From Polyangiaceae bacterium (GTDB lineage Bacteria > Myxococcota_A > Polyangia > Polyangiales > Polyangiaceae), in NCBI GenBank assembly GCA_965222375.1, contig CBDCTZ010000014.1, positions 928,001 to 992,000 of the forward strand: a DNA stretch of 64,000 bases, read 5' to 3'. This document shows, piece after piece, positions 9,032 to 17,729 of this stretch. Within the stretch, counting starts at the first letter, position 1; each line of letters opens with the position of its first letter. Position numbers and translations under genes: made by a program. Below the pieces are notes generated by a model. That model did no database searches and was not told where the DNA came from. It saw only the letters and a list, made by a program, of their open reading frames with translations.

Positions 9032-9592
9032 TCATTCCGTGCCGACCCAGTGGCCGGTGCAGGTCAGGGCTTTGTGACTCGCGAAGGCGCGCTCTGCCAA
9101 CAGGCGCACTCGGGTCGGCGGGTGATCGAGCCACAAGCGGTGGGGTTGCTTTTGATCGGCGTCTCGGGAGCCCGGACCGAAACTGAGGGACATGGGGGTG
9201 GAGATCGTCTTGGTGGCTCCCGGCTTGAGGAGTAGTTCGCGGGGCATCACGGGCGAGTCCGTGGCGGGGATCCGGAGTGTGACGGGCTTGCCGTCGACCC
9301 AGGCTTTCAGCGCGAAACCAATCGGGTGGAAGTAGCGCAGGCGCACCGGTGTCTTGTCGGCGTTGGTCAGGGCGAGGGACACGCCGTAGCGATTGCCGGT
9401 GCTCGACGACACTTGGAGCACGCAGGTGAGACCCGACGACGGTGGGCCCGGCGCGGCGACGCTCTGCGCGGGCGCTGCGCTGCTGACCGAGCGCGCTGGC
9501 GGGGCGTCGCTGCGCGTCGCATCCGGCCCCTTGCAGTGGAGCGCAAGAGTGAGGATGCTCGCGAGCAGCAGGAGGCGCTGGGTTGAAGGCAC
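9032..9592 (-). CDS. Hypothetical secreted protein or lipoprotein
   Basis: Signal-like N-terminus ending ALHC; Ig-like strand pattern. Confidence 0.6.
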   Translation of the reverse strand: MPSTQRLLLLASILTLALHCKGPDATRSDAPPARSVSSAAPAQSVAAPGPPSSGLTCVLQVSSSTGNRYGVSLALTNADKTPVRLRYFHPIGFALKAWVDGKPVTLRIPATDSPVMPRELLLKPGATKTISTPMSLSFGPGSRDADQKQPHRLWLDHPPTRVRLLAERAFASHKALTCTGHWVGTE

Positions 9593-9615
9593 GCGACTCG
9601 GAAGCTAGCACGGTC

Positions 9616-10482
9616 ATGAATCCGCAGAGCCGCGACGTGACGTGGAGGCGCACCGAGCGTCGGCTCGGCCCGCGGCGAGCTGCCTGGGTGATGGGTGTGC
9701 AGTGCGGATGCGTTGGTGCGCTTGTCATCTCCGTGCTGGGGTGTGCGGGTTCGCCGCCGCGCGCCGCGCCAGAGCGGTCGTCAGCTGCGGCGCGCGAAGT
9801 TCCGGTGGCGCAGGCGCGTGAGCACGACGCGTCGACGCGCGGGGACGACTCAAGCGTGGATGCGGGGCCACCGGTGCGCGCGGTGGACAGCGAGACGGCG
9901 CCCGGCTCCAAGCGGACTGGCCTATGCCGAGGGGACGTGATCAATCTCGACGAGGTGGCCGGGTTTTGCGTGACTAGATTGCCCGAAGGCAAAGTTCCGA
10001 CGGGGTCGAACAAAGCCCTTGCGATCAGCGTGCGTGCGGTTGAGCCCACGGTCGAGACGGGGGAGCGCCTGAAGCTGCATGCCGAGCTGGAAAACCAGAG
10101 CGACGAGACTCAGACGGTCTATTTCCACGTCCCGCGCCTCGACCCAGATTCTCACGGCACGGACGGTTTCGATATCGCCGCCTACGACGCCAAGGGCAGA
10201 ACCGTGGACGTGCCGTCGGACATTGGTCTGCTCGGCCTGCTCCGTGGCCGTGGGGGCAAGGTGTTCGTTCGGCTGGTGGTCGCGCCAAGGGGAAAGATCG
10301 TCGCGACGACCGAGTGGAAGGCCCGCGGGTTCTGGCCGGACCGCAAGTACGCCACCCGAGGCTCGAGCATCATGGAGCCGGAACTGCTGCAACCCGGCAA
10401 GTACACGCTGAAAGTGCGGACGCCGCTGCGTGGCAGGGGAGCGGTTCCGCTCTCGGTGGTGACCGTGCGCGTGACGCCGTGA
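9616..10482 (+). CDS. Hypothetical lipoprotein with an Ig-like domain
   Basis: VLGC lipobox; LKLHAELENQS...PGKYTLKV. Start uncertain. Confidence 0.6.
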   Translation: MNPQSRDVTWRRTERRLGPRRAAWVMGVQCGCVGALVISVLGCAGSPPRAAPERSSAAAREVPVAQAREHDASTRGDDSSVDAGPPVRAVDSETAPGSKRTGLCRGDVINLDEVAGFCVTRLPEGKVPTGSNKALAISVRAVEPTVETGERLKLHAELENQSDETQTVYFHVPRLDPDSHGTDGFDIAAYDAKGRTVDVPSDIGLLGLLRGRGGKVFVRLVVAPRGKIVATTEWKARGFWPDRKYATRGSSIMEPELLQPGKYTLKVRTPLRGRGAVPLSVVTVRVTP

Positions 10483-10559
10483 ATTGAGGGGGGGGGTGAT
10501 GCCGTGCTCGACGCCCGCATCGGGTCGGGAGCATTGGTTCACGCAAGCGTCGCTGCTTG

Positions 10560-11059
10560 CCGTGAACGCACGGAGATATGCGCCGCAGAGGGACAGACGT
10601 TCACCGGGTCTTGCACGGATACGCATTGTTATTGCAAGTGACGGCAGACGGGCTTGAGCGCGTCTCAGTGACGGGTCGGGATTCGTGGGGGGCGGGGCTG
10701 ATAGAGGGACGATGCGGTCCGTGCTGCGGACAAATCTTCCCGAGGCGGGTGCTGAGAAAGTATTTGGGCGCAAGTTCATTGAGGGCAGAATTCGCCTTCG
10801 CCAGCGAATGTTGGGCGGTGGCGCGGCGCGGACGGCTGACGCAGTCGTTCAAGAAGGTTCAGTTGGAGCCAGTTTGGAACACGCGGGCCAGGTGGAGATG
10901 GAATCCATGCTTCTGAGCGCACTGGCCAACATGGGGTTTCGGCGCGGGGAGTCGAAGAAGGCTGTGGCTGGGCTTGCGTGGCGGGCTGGCGATCGGGTTG
11001 AAGGCACTGCGCGCTTTGTGCTGTTGCTGCGCCCGGCGTTGTCGGTGTTGGTGCGGTAG
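10560..11059 (+). pseudogene. Decayed HNH-endonuclease gene with a RuvA-C-terminal-like tail
   Basis: AEKVFGRKFIE and LLSALANMGFRRGESKKAV resemble myxobacterial HNH protein tails; the HNH core is not intact. Confidence 0.45.
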
Positions 11060-11198
11060 CGCAACTCCCGGGTGGCTGGGCGGCTGAGTCGTGCGGAAAC
11101 GCGTCCCCAACGACGCGATTACCTCGCGATTACAATTGGAGACGAGGCCCGCGCGTGGGTGGGCACGCACGTTGTCGTCCGTTACGCTTGGGGCGCTG

Positions 11199-11630
11199 AT
11201 GAGCTTGCAGGATCCCAATTTGGCTGAGGGATTGCGCGACAAGCATGTGCGCGTTCTTTCGGTGCTGATGCATGTGCTTTCGGCGCCGTTGATTTTAATG
11301 CTGTTGCTTGCGCCGGTGGCGGCGCTGCGGGCGGCTGTTGAAGGGGTGCGCGAGGGGGAAGAGATCATGGTTGCCGTGATGATGGTGTTCAGCTTTGGGT
11401 TGGGCATTTACGGCGTGGCGATGCTGTTCGTGGCGAGGGGACTGTGGGATGCGCGGCGGTGGGCTGGGTTTTGGGGGGTGGCTATCAGTTCGAGCTGGTT
11501 GCCGTTGGGGTTGTTGCCCTTTGCGGTGTACGGATTGTTCGCGCTGTTGCGGAAGCGCGTCGTCGCGTCTTGGTCGCCCCGGCGCTCGCCACAGCTCGGG
11601 GCTCAGTTGCCGGTGCAGCAAGGATTGTGA
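11199..11630 (+). CDS. Membrane protein
   Basis: Three to four hydrophobic helices. Confidence 0.6.
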   Translation: MSLQDPNLAEGLRDKHVRVLSVLMHVLSAPLILMLLLAPVAALRAAVEGVREGEEIMVAVMMVFSFGLGIYGVAMLFVARGLWDARRWAGFWGVAISSSWLPLGLLPFAVYGLFALLRKRVVASWSPRRSPQLGAQLPVQQGL

Positions 11631-11819
11631 ACACGGCGCTCAGCAGGCAGATGTCTGCTCGCGTTACGAAATGCACGGACGTGTTCGGCGAAGCTGTCGG
11701 TGGGGCTTGTCGCAACTCGGCGGCGCCAACGGGTGGTGGCAGTTGGCGCGGAAACCAGCGCGAAAGGAGCTACCCTCGTGCGCGGGTTTCCGTGGTCTGC
11801 ATCTTGCCTCGTGGGCGCC

Positions 11820-13643
11820 ATGGCCAAACTGCTTCTGCATGGTGTGCTTCGAGGGCTCCGGGGCATTGGGGTCGTTGCAGCCATAGCGACAACCGTGGGC
11901 TGCAGCGACGATTCGTCCGGTGGTGGCTCGAGCGCCGGCGGCTCGGGTGGTGGCGCATCCGGGAGTGGCGGCAGCGCGGGTGGAGGCAGCGGCGGCACGG
12001 CGGGTGCCGGTGGCAATCCGGGGTGCAACGCCGCGGTCGCGGTGCCGAGCCCGCACATCAAGAAGCTCGACCTCGAGGTGAACCTCGAACGCTACGCAGA
12101 GCAAAAGTACACCATTAGGCAGCAGGTCGTACTCACTTCGGACACCGCGGGCGATGCGGTAACGCTGTTCGGCACCGGCCTCTCGCTCGGCAAGGCGAGC
12201 CACGGATACACATACAACGGCCAGCGCGCGACGTTCTGCGTGGAGCCATTTTCAGCAGGCCAGGACATCGCCCTCGACATCACCTACGAGGTGGATGTTA
12301 CCGCCCAAGGGCTTCCGGCGGAGAACATCTACGGCATCCAGCATTGGACCGGCCCAGCGAACGAAACCGTCGTCGGCGCCTACTCGCCGCCCTACTTCAG
12401 TCCTCTTTGGTTGTTGGCGCCGCAAACGCCGCCATGGATTGATGCCGCCCACGACCACAACGCCACCGTCGACGCCGTCGAGCTCGACGCGATAGTTCCC
12501 GACAGCTCGTGGACTGTCGTCGGCCCGGGTGCGGCCACGGTCTCCGATCGAAGCTGGCAGTTTTCGGTCAGCGGGCGCATGCCGCTGTTCACGTTGGGCT
12601 TCGCGGCGTCACCGCACTACACGAAAGTGGAGCCGAGTGCCGTATCGTCGAAGCCTGAGATCTTCGCGCACGTGCTCCCCGCGTCCGCCAGCAAGGCCGT
12701 TGGCAACCTGAACGCGGCGCGCCAGGCAGTCGATTGGATGGGGACCAACGTGGCGCCGTTCCCGTGGTCGACTTCGCTCACGTACGCGGAAGTTCCCCGC
12801 TACCCCGGTGGCTTCGAGCACACCTCCGCGGTTTGGATGGGGACCATTGGCTGGGGCGGTCCCGGCGGCGACTACACGGCGATTCACGAAGCGGTGCATC
12901 ACTGGTGGGGCAACGCGGTCGTAATCGCGGACTGGCCCCACTTCTGGCTGTCCGAGGGTTTTGCCGACTGGACGACCGTTTTCGAGATCCTCGAAACCGT
13001 GAACCCGACCGACGCAAAGGCGCGTCAGCACAAGTTCCGCGCCGACGCCGCAACCCTCTCCTACCCGAACAAGGGACCACTCCGCTTCGCCGACGCCGGC
13101 GACTTCGCCCAGCAGCTGGGTAACAACGGGCTGTTCTTCTACCGCTACGGCGCGTCCTTCCTGGAGATGGTGGATCAGCGCTTGCAGCGCGATCACAACA
13201 CCAAACTGATCACGCTGCTCGCGAAGTGGTTTTCACAGAAGCGCGGCGCGCTCGTCACTACCGAAGAGTTCCGGGACTTCCTGATCGCACAAACCGGCGC
13301 GTCGGCGGTCTGGACTACGCTGTTCGACGACTGGGTGTTCAAAACCCCCTGCCCCACACTCGAACTCAGCGACTACCAAGACAGCGGCACCGAGGTGACG
13401 ATGAAGGTGCGGCGTACCGGTGGCGCGAACCAGAGTCTCATGGGAGTGCAAATCGTCGCCGCCACCAACCCACCGGTCTCCACCTCGGTATCGCTGCCGG
13501 CGGGTACCACCGAGACGGTGGCGACCCTTGCCACGACCAACGTCACGTCCGCGATCGCCGTCGACCCCAAGGGCTTCTACATTCTGCGGTTGAACACCGC
13601 ATCGGGCTGGGCGGGACCGGCCGTCACCCACGCGCTGCCCTAA
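11820..13643 (+). CDS. M1-family aminopeptidase, lipoprotein
   Basis: GGFEH, HEAVHHWWG..WLSEG (HExxH-18-E), YRYGA; lipobox TVGC. Confidence 0.9.
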   Translation: MAKLLLHGVLRGLRGIGVVAAIATTVGCSDDSSGGGSSAGGSGGGASGSGGSAGGGSGGTAGAGGNPGCNAAVAVPSPHIKKLDLEVNLERYAEQKYTIRQQVVLTSDTAGDAVTLFGTGLSLGKASHGYTYNGQRATFCVEPFSAGQDIALDITYEVDVTAQGLPAENIYGIQHWTGPANETVVGAYSPPYFSPLWLLAPQTPPWIDAAHDHNATVDAVELDAIVPDSSWTVVGPGAATVSDRSWQFSVSGRMPLFTLGFAASPHYTKVEPSAVSSKPEIFAHVLPASASKAVGNLNAARQAVDWMGTNVAPFPWSTSLTYAEVPRYPGGFEHTSAVWMGTIGWGGPGGDYTAIHEAVHHWWGNAVVIADWPHFWLSEGFADWTTVFEILETVNPTDAKARQHKFRADAATLSYPNKGPLRFADAGDFAQQLGNNGLFFYRYGASFLEMVDQRLQRDHNTKLITLLAKWFSQKRGALVTTEEFRDFLIAQTGASAVWTTLFDDWVFKTPCPTLELSDYQDSGTEVTMKVRRTGGANQSLMGVQIVAATNPPVSTSVSLPAGTTETVATLATTNVTSAIAVDPKGFYILRLNTASGWAGPAVTHALP

Positions 13644-13918
13644 TGCCGGGTTTGCAGAGCGGAGGATTTCAAGCCTCGGCGTTCGCCCGCGCTTGGGGGC
13701 GAGGCCGCCGGGTGATGAGCGCAAAAGTGCCGACAGTTGGTCAAGCATCATCGGTCGTCGAATTGGGCTGATTTGAGGAGCGAAGCAACCTGACATGCGC
13801 CAAATCACGTCGGCGTTTCTACGAGGCCGGAAAATCGGGTATTGGGGAACGACGTCTAGCTGGGCGGTCTGCGCAGATGCGTGGGTCGACTCCGCTGACA
13901 GCAAGACAGGAGCCGCAA

Positions 13919-14332
13919 ATGCCAGCCATCACTTGGGGGCCAAAACTCGAGGTAGGAATCGAGAACATCGACAAGCAGCACCGGCGTTGGGTCGAGCTGT
14001 TCAATGAACTCGATGAAGCTGTGCAAGCGGGTCAGGAGCAAAAAGCCCTGGGTGACGCGTTGGAAGCCTACATCGAGTATTCGAGCTACCACTTCAAGAC
14101 GGAAGAAGCGCTGATGCGCCAAGCTGGCCTCGACGAAGAGGAGTTCGACTTTCATCGTCGTGAGCACAAGGTCTTCCGGGATCAAATCGCCATCTACAAG
14201 GACCGCCATGACGCGGGCTTCTTGAAAGTGACCCCGCAGGTGACGTCCTACCTGCGCGAATGGCTCTTGGCCCACGTGACCGGGACCGACCGCGGCTACA
14301 TCGAGCCGATCAAAGAAGCCGGCATCGCCTGA
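13919..14332 (+). CDS. Bacteriohemerythrin
   Basis: IDKQH, HFKTEE, HRREH and WLLAHVTGTD iron ligands; AGGAG RBS. Confidence 0.92.
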   Translation: MPAITWGPKLEVGIENIDKQHRRWVELFNELDEAVQAGQEQKALGDALEAYIEYSSYHFKTEEALMRQAGLDEEEFDFHRREHKVFRDQIAIYKDRHDAGFLKVTPQVTSYLREWLLAHVTGTDRGYIEPIKEAGIA

Positions 14333-14392
14333 GCGAGCGCCGCCAGCCCCGTTGCTTTTGGACGGGCAGTCGAAATTGCGTATGGTGTTGGG

Positions 14393-15817
14393 GTGCAGCG
14401 TGACGTCTGTGTGCTGAGCTTTGCTGATGTCAGCGAGAGCACTGCCGCCCGGGTCAGTCAGCTGTTCGGCATGCAGGTCATCGATGCTCGGCGGCTGCTG
14501 CGAAATACGCCAGCGGTCTTGGCGCGGAACGCATCCGTGGAGCAGGCAACAGCGCTGGAGCGCGAACTGCGAGCGCTAGGCGCGGAGGTCGTCGTTCAGG
14601 CCAGCGCTTCGGCGGCCGCCGCGGGTAGCTCCGCTGCGCCGCCTCAAGCCGGCGCCCACCAGCCAGCGCAGCCTGCCGCGCCCCAACAGCCCGGTGCACC
14701 GCCAGCGCAATCGGCGGCCCCGCAACAACCCGCCGGTCCGCCGGCTCATTCGGCGCCGCCGCGCCAGGGTGCGGGGGGCAGTGGGATCGAACTTGGCTCG
14801 GTAGCTCCACCGGCCCAACCTGTTGCGCCCCAGCCCGCCCCCGGTGGAAGCGGGATCGAACTTGGCTCCGTGCCCCCACCTGGTTACGCACCCTCCGCGA
14901 GCGGCGCGCCACCTGGTTACGCGCCATCCGCGAGCGGCGCGCCACCTGGTTACGCGCAATCTGCGAGTGGCGCGCCACCGGCACAGGGAGGTTCGCAGGC
15001 GCCGCGTTGGGAGCCGCCCCCGGGGCACGCGTCGGCGCCCCCTGTGGTGCCCGGGCTGGACGCTCCGCCGCCTGGGCCACCGGCTGCCTTGCCGCCGCCG
15101 CCGACGCAGGTTGGAGTGTCGCGTCGGGTCATGGTGCTCGGGGGTGGCGCGCTGCTCTTGGGGGGCGCGTATTTGTGGTGGCGCCCGACGAAGATTGGTG
15201 GGCTCTCGGTCGCGAAGTTGGGCACGGGGGGCGATGGGGCGCCGACGTTGATCTTGCTGCACGGTTTTGGGGCCCCCGGCGATGACTTGGTTCCGCTAGG
15301 CGAGGAAATCCTCGAGTACGAGGTCGCAGCTGGCGCGCGGGTCTTGGTGCCCGAGGGCATCACCCGCGTGGGGCTCGGCAAGGCTTGGTACAACTCTCGC
15401 GGTGATCTCGCGGAGGCTCGTGAGCGCCTAAGCGACATGCTCAAGGAGCTGATCGAAGACGGAACGCTGCCAGAACGCATCATGCTGGCGGGTTTTTCCC
15501 AGGGCGGCCTGATGGCCATGGATATCGGGCTCAGCTTTCGCCCGCGGATCTATGGCGTGGCAATGCTGTCGGGTGGGCGGATCCGAGGCACGGATTGGAC
15601 GGAGCAGCTCAACGCCGCGGAGACGACGCGGTTTTTGATCACCCATGGCCGCAGCGACGGCGTGATGCCCTTTCGTGCGGCGCAGGATATCGCCAACGAG
15701 TTGGAACAAGCCAAGGCCGAGGTGAAACTGATCCCCTTCAAGGGCAGGCATCGCATTCCACCCGCAGTGCGAGAAGAAGTGGCGCGGTTCCTCGGCGAGA
15801 TGGCCGGCAAGGTCTGA
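14393..15817 (+). CDS. Membrane-anchored phospholipase/carboxylesterase with a Pro-rich linker
   Basis: LHGFG, GFSQG nucleophile, HGRSD, GRH. TM helix precedes the hydrolase domain. Confidence 0.8.
   Translation: MQRDVCVLSFADVSESTAARVSQLFGMQVIDARRLLRNTPAVLARNASVEQATALERELRALGAEVVVQASASAAAAGSSAAPPQAGAHQPAQPAAPQQPGAPPAQSAAPQQPAGPPAHSAPPRQGAGGSGIELGSVAPPAQPVAPQPAPGGSGIELGSVPPPGYAPSASGAPPGYAPSASGAPPGYAQSASGAPPAQGGSQAPRWEPPPGHASAPPVVPGLDAPPPGPPAALPPPPTQVGVSRRVMVLGGGALLLGGAYLWWRPTKIGGLSVAKLGTGGDGAPTLILLHGFGAPGDDLVPLGEEILEYEVAAGARVLVPEGITRVGLGKAWYNSRGDLAEARERLSDMLKELIEDGTLPERIMLAGFSQGGLMAMDIGLSFRPRIYGVAMLSGGRIRGTDWTEQLNAAETTRFLITHGRSDGVMPFRAAQDIANELEQAKAEVKLIPFKGRHRIPPAVREEVARFLGEMAGKV
14876..14979 (+). 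repeat. 33-bp intragenic tandem repeat, three copies
   Basis: Encodes PPGYA(P/Q)SASGA three times. Confidence 0.85.
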
Positions 15818-15866
15818 CGCGAGCTGCGGAGGGCCGGCTGGCAGGGGCGTCTCGAGCAAGGTGAGC

Positions 15867-15888
15867 GAGAGTTTGCATTCAAACTCTC
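15867..15888. terminator. Hairpin downstream of the esterase
   Basis: GAGAGTTTG-CATT-CAAACTCTC, 9-bp stem, no U-tract. Confidence 0.35.
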
Positions 15889-16076
15889 AGAGACATGGCC
15901 GGCACGGCTTGAACTCCGACCGGGTGGGCCACGGAGATGTGATGGGGTGGCTCGTGACCTGGTAGGTAGCCGCCGAGGCGTCTTTCGGATGCGGAGGGCT
16001 GCCATGGTGGCCGTTCTGCATACGGTGTTCGCTTGGGCGCCGGACGCGCGAGCGATGGCTTTGCGCGAGGCGACAG

Positions 16077-16164
16077 TGGCTGTCTCCTCATTAACGAGGT
16101 CACCGGAAACCGGGCCTCAATCAACAGACGCGCTCAAAGGCGCAGTGATTAGAGGAGACAGCCA
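16077..16164 (+). promoter_or_regulatory. RBS-sequestering stem of the transposase leader
   Basis: TGGCTGTCTCCTC (16077-16089) is the exact reverse complement of GAGGAGACAGCCA (16152-16164), which holds the RBS and the A of ATG. Confidence 0.7.
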
Positions 16165-17192
16165 TGGAGCATATTGGAGTCGATCTGGGTGGAAAACAAT
16201 CGCAGGTGTGTGTGCGGGCCGCGGACGAAGGAATTCTGCTGGAGAAGAGGATCGCGACCAGCAGTTTGATGTGCTTCTTTCAGCACCAGCCCAAGAGCCG
16301 AATTGTACTGGAAACGTGTTCGGAAGCATTCCGAGTCGCCGACTGGGCTCTGGAATGTGGACACGAGGTGCGTGTGGTCCCAGCAACGTTGGTGCGCAGT
16401 TTGGGGGTCGGGGCTCGAGGCATCAAGACCGACCGGCGCGATGCGCAGGTCCTCAGCGAAGTCTCGTGCCGTATCGACTTGCCATCGGTGCACATCCCGG
16501 CGGAGCAGGCTCGCGACAGACGCACGATGTGCGCAATGCGCGAGCAACTGCTTGGTGCACGCACGGCATTGGCAAATGCAGTGCAAGGCTGGAGGCGTAC
16601 GCAACTGTTGAAAATGTGCTCCGGCGAGCCCACGACCTTGCCCACACGCCTCCGCGCTGCAGCCCTCGCTCATCCCGATGGATTGCCGCAGCACGTCGAG
16701 CGTCTTTTGCAGGCCATCGAAGCTCTCAACGTGCAGATCAAGGAAGCCAACGAGGAGCTCAGGGCCCTGGCGAAGAAGGACCCAGTCTGTCAGCGTCTCA
16801 TGACGGTGCCCGGTATCGGTCCGGCAACCAGCATGCGCTTTGTGGCAGCACTCGACGACAGGACACGTTTTCCGAGCGCTCACTCTGTCGAAGCCTTTCT
16901 TGGGCTGACTCCGGGCGAGAAATCCAGCGGCGATCGTCAGCAACGGCTCGGGATCACCAAGGCCGGACCGGCGATGGTGCGCACCAACTTGGTGCAGGCG
17001 GCGTGGACCTTTCGGCGTACACGGCCCAACGACCCAATGTCCAAGTGGGCAGAGCAAATCGAGCAACGCCGTGGCAAATTCATCGCTACCGTGGCGTTGG
17101 CCCGCAAACTAGCTGGCGTGCTCTTCGCGTTGTGGCGCGACGGCTCTGTATACGAGCTCAACCATCGAAAGGCAGCGCAAACCGTGGCGTAG
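16164..17192 (+). CDS. IS110-family transposase/recombinase
   Basis: IGVDLG, VLETC and KTDRRDA (DEDD); VPGIGP and GLTPGEKSSG (catalytic-Ser loop); 342 aa, intact. Confidence 0.95.
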   Translation: MEHIGVDLGGKQSQVCVRAADEGILLEKRIATSSLMCFFQHQPKSRIVLETCSEAFRVADWALECGHEVRVVPATLVRSLGVGARGIKTDRRDAQVLSEVSCRIDLPSVHIPAEQARDRRTMCAMREQLLGARTALANAVQGWRRTQLLKMCSGEPTTLPTRLRAAALAHPDGLPQHVERLLQAIEALNVQIKEANEELRALAKKDPVCQRLMTVPGIGPATSMRFVAALDDRTRFPSAHSVEAFLGLTPGEKSSGDRQQRLGITKAGPAMVRTNLVQAAWTFRRTRPNDPMSKWAEQIEQRRGKFIATVALARKLAGVLFALWRDGSVYELNHRKAAQTVA

Positions 17193-17239
17193 AAAACCTC
17201 CAGACTCCGGCAGCCCACAAGGTTGACCTGAGAAAGCCA

Positions 17240-17450
17240 ATCAACGGCTGTCCAGAGGCGGTGAGCGCGTTACTCTCGCTCCAGGCGTCCAGCGAAAGCT
17301 GGCCACGACCTTGTCACGGCGATTGCGCCCCGCCAACGGACCTCCACCTATGCGCCATTGCGAGCGCGAATAGTCGATTCAGACAGCCCGTTCTTGGTTT
17401 CCTCGTCTTCCGACAAGCCACGACCGCGAATAGTCGATTCAGACAGCCTG
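17240..17450 (+). ncRNA. Putative bridge/seekRNA
   Basis: Closing stem GGCTGTC/GACAGCC, GAAA-tetraloop hairpin at 17289-17302, and segments matching the target (17271-17278, 17301-17308) and the right end (17370-17376). Confidence 0.7.
17361..17450 (+). repeat. 30-nt direct repeat at 60-nt period
   Basis: CGAGCGCGAATAGTCGATTCAGACAGCCCG vs CGACCGCGAATAGTCGATTCAGACAGCCTG (28/30). Confidence 0.9.
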
Positions 17451-17662
17451 AGCTGGACTTTCTCCCCAACCAACGCGCTGCCGACGAAGAACTCCCCTCT
17501 ACCTCAGGGCGACGGACCACTTTGTTCTGGACGGACAGGCCACCCCATAGTCGAGAGTAGTGCCCATCGCCGACCCAGCGATGCACCCCTTCGGGTATTG
17601 CCCCTTCGGGCATCGCGAAGCGCGTCACAAGCGCGTCGCTCGACCAAAAAAAAACACAAATC

Positions 17663-17691
17663 AGACTTATATGCATGGTGCATATAAGTCT
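17663..17691. repeat. Perfect AT-rich inverted repeat
   Basis: AGACTTATATGCA-TGG-TGCATATAAGTCT, 13-bp stem. Confidence 0.8.
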
Positions 17692-17729
17692 CCGAACGGC
17701 GTTGCTGCTACGCGTCGCGCTCGCTTTGG

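Larger units (their letters stand above)
15934..17553 (+). mobile_element. IS110-family insertion sequence, IS1111-type
   Basis: Sub-terminal IR ATGGGGTGGC (15942-15951) / GCCACCCCAT (17539-17548), DEDD transposase and long downstream non-coding region. Ends uncertain by a few nt. Confidence 0.88.

Noticed and set aside
17361..17450. CRISPR array
   Set aside because: Only two repeats, no cas genes, and it lies inside an IS non-coding end. Kept as a guide-RNA duplication.
15947..17560. 537-aa ORF spanning the IS, and the antisense 305-aa ORF
   Set aside because: No recognisable motifs; shadow frames of the transposase in GC-rich DNA.
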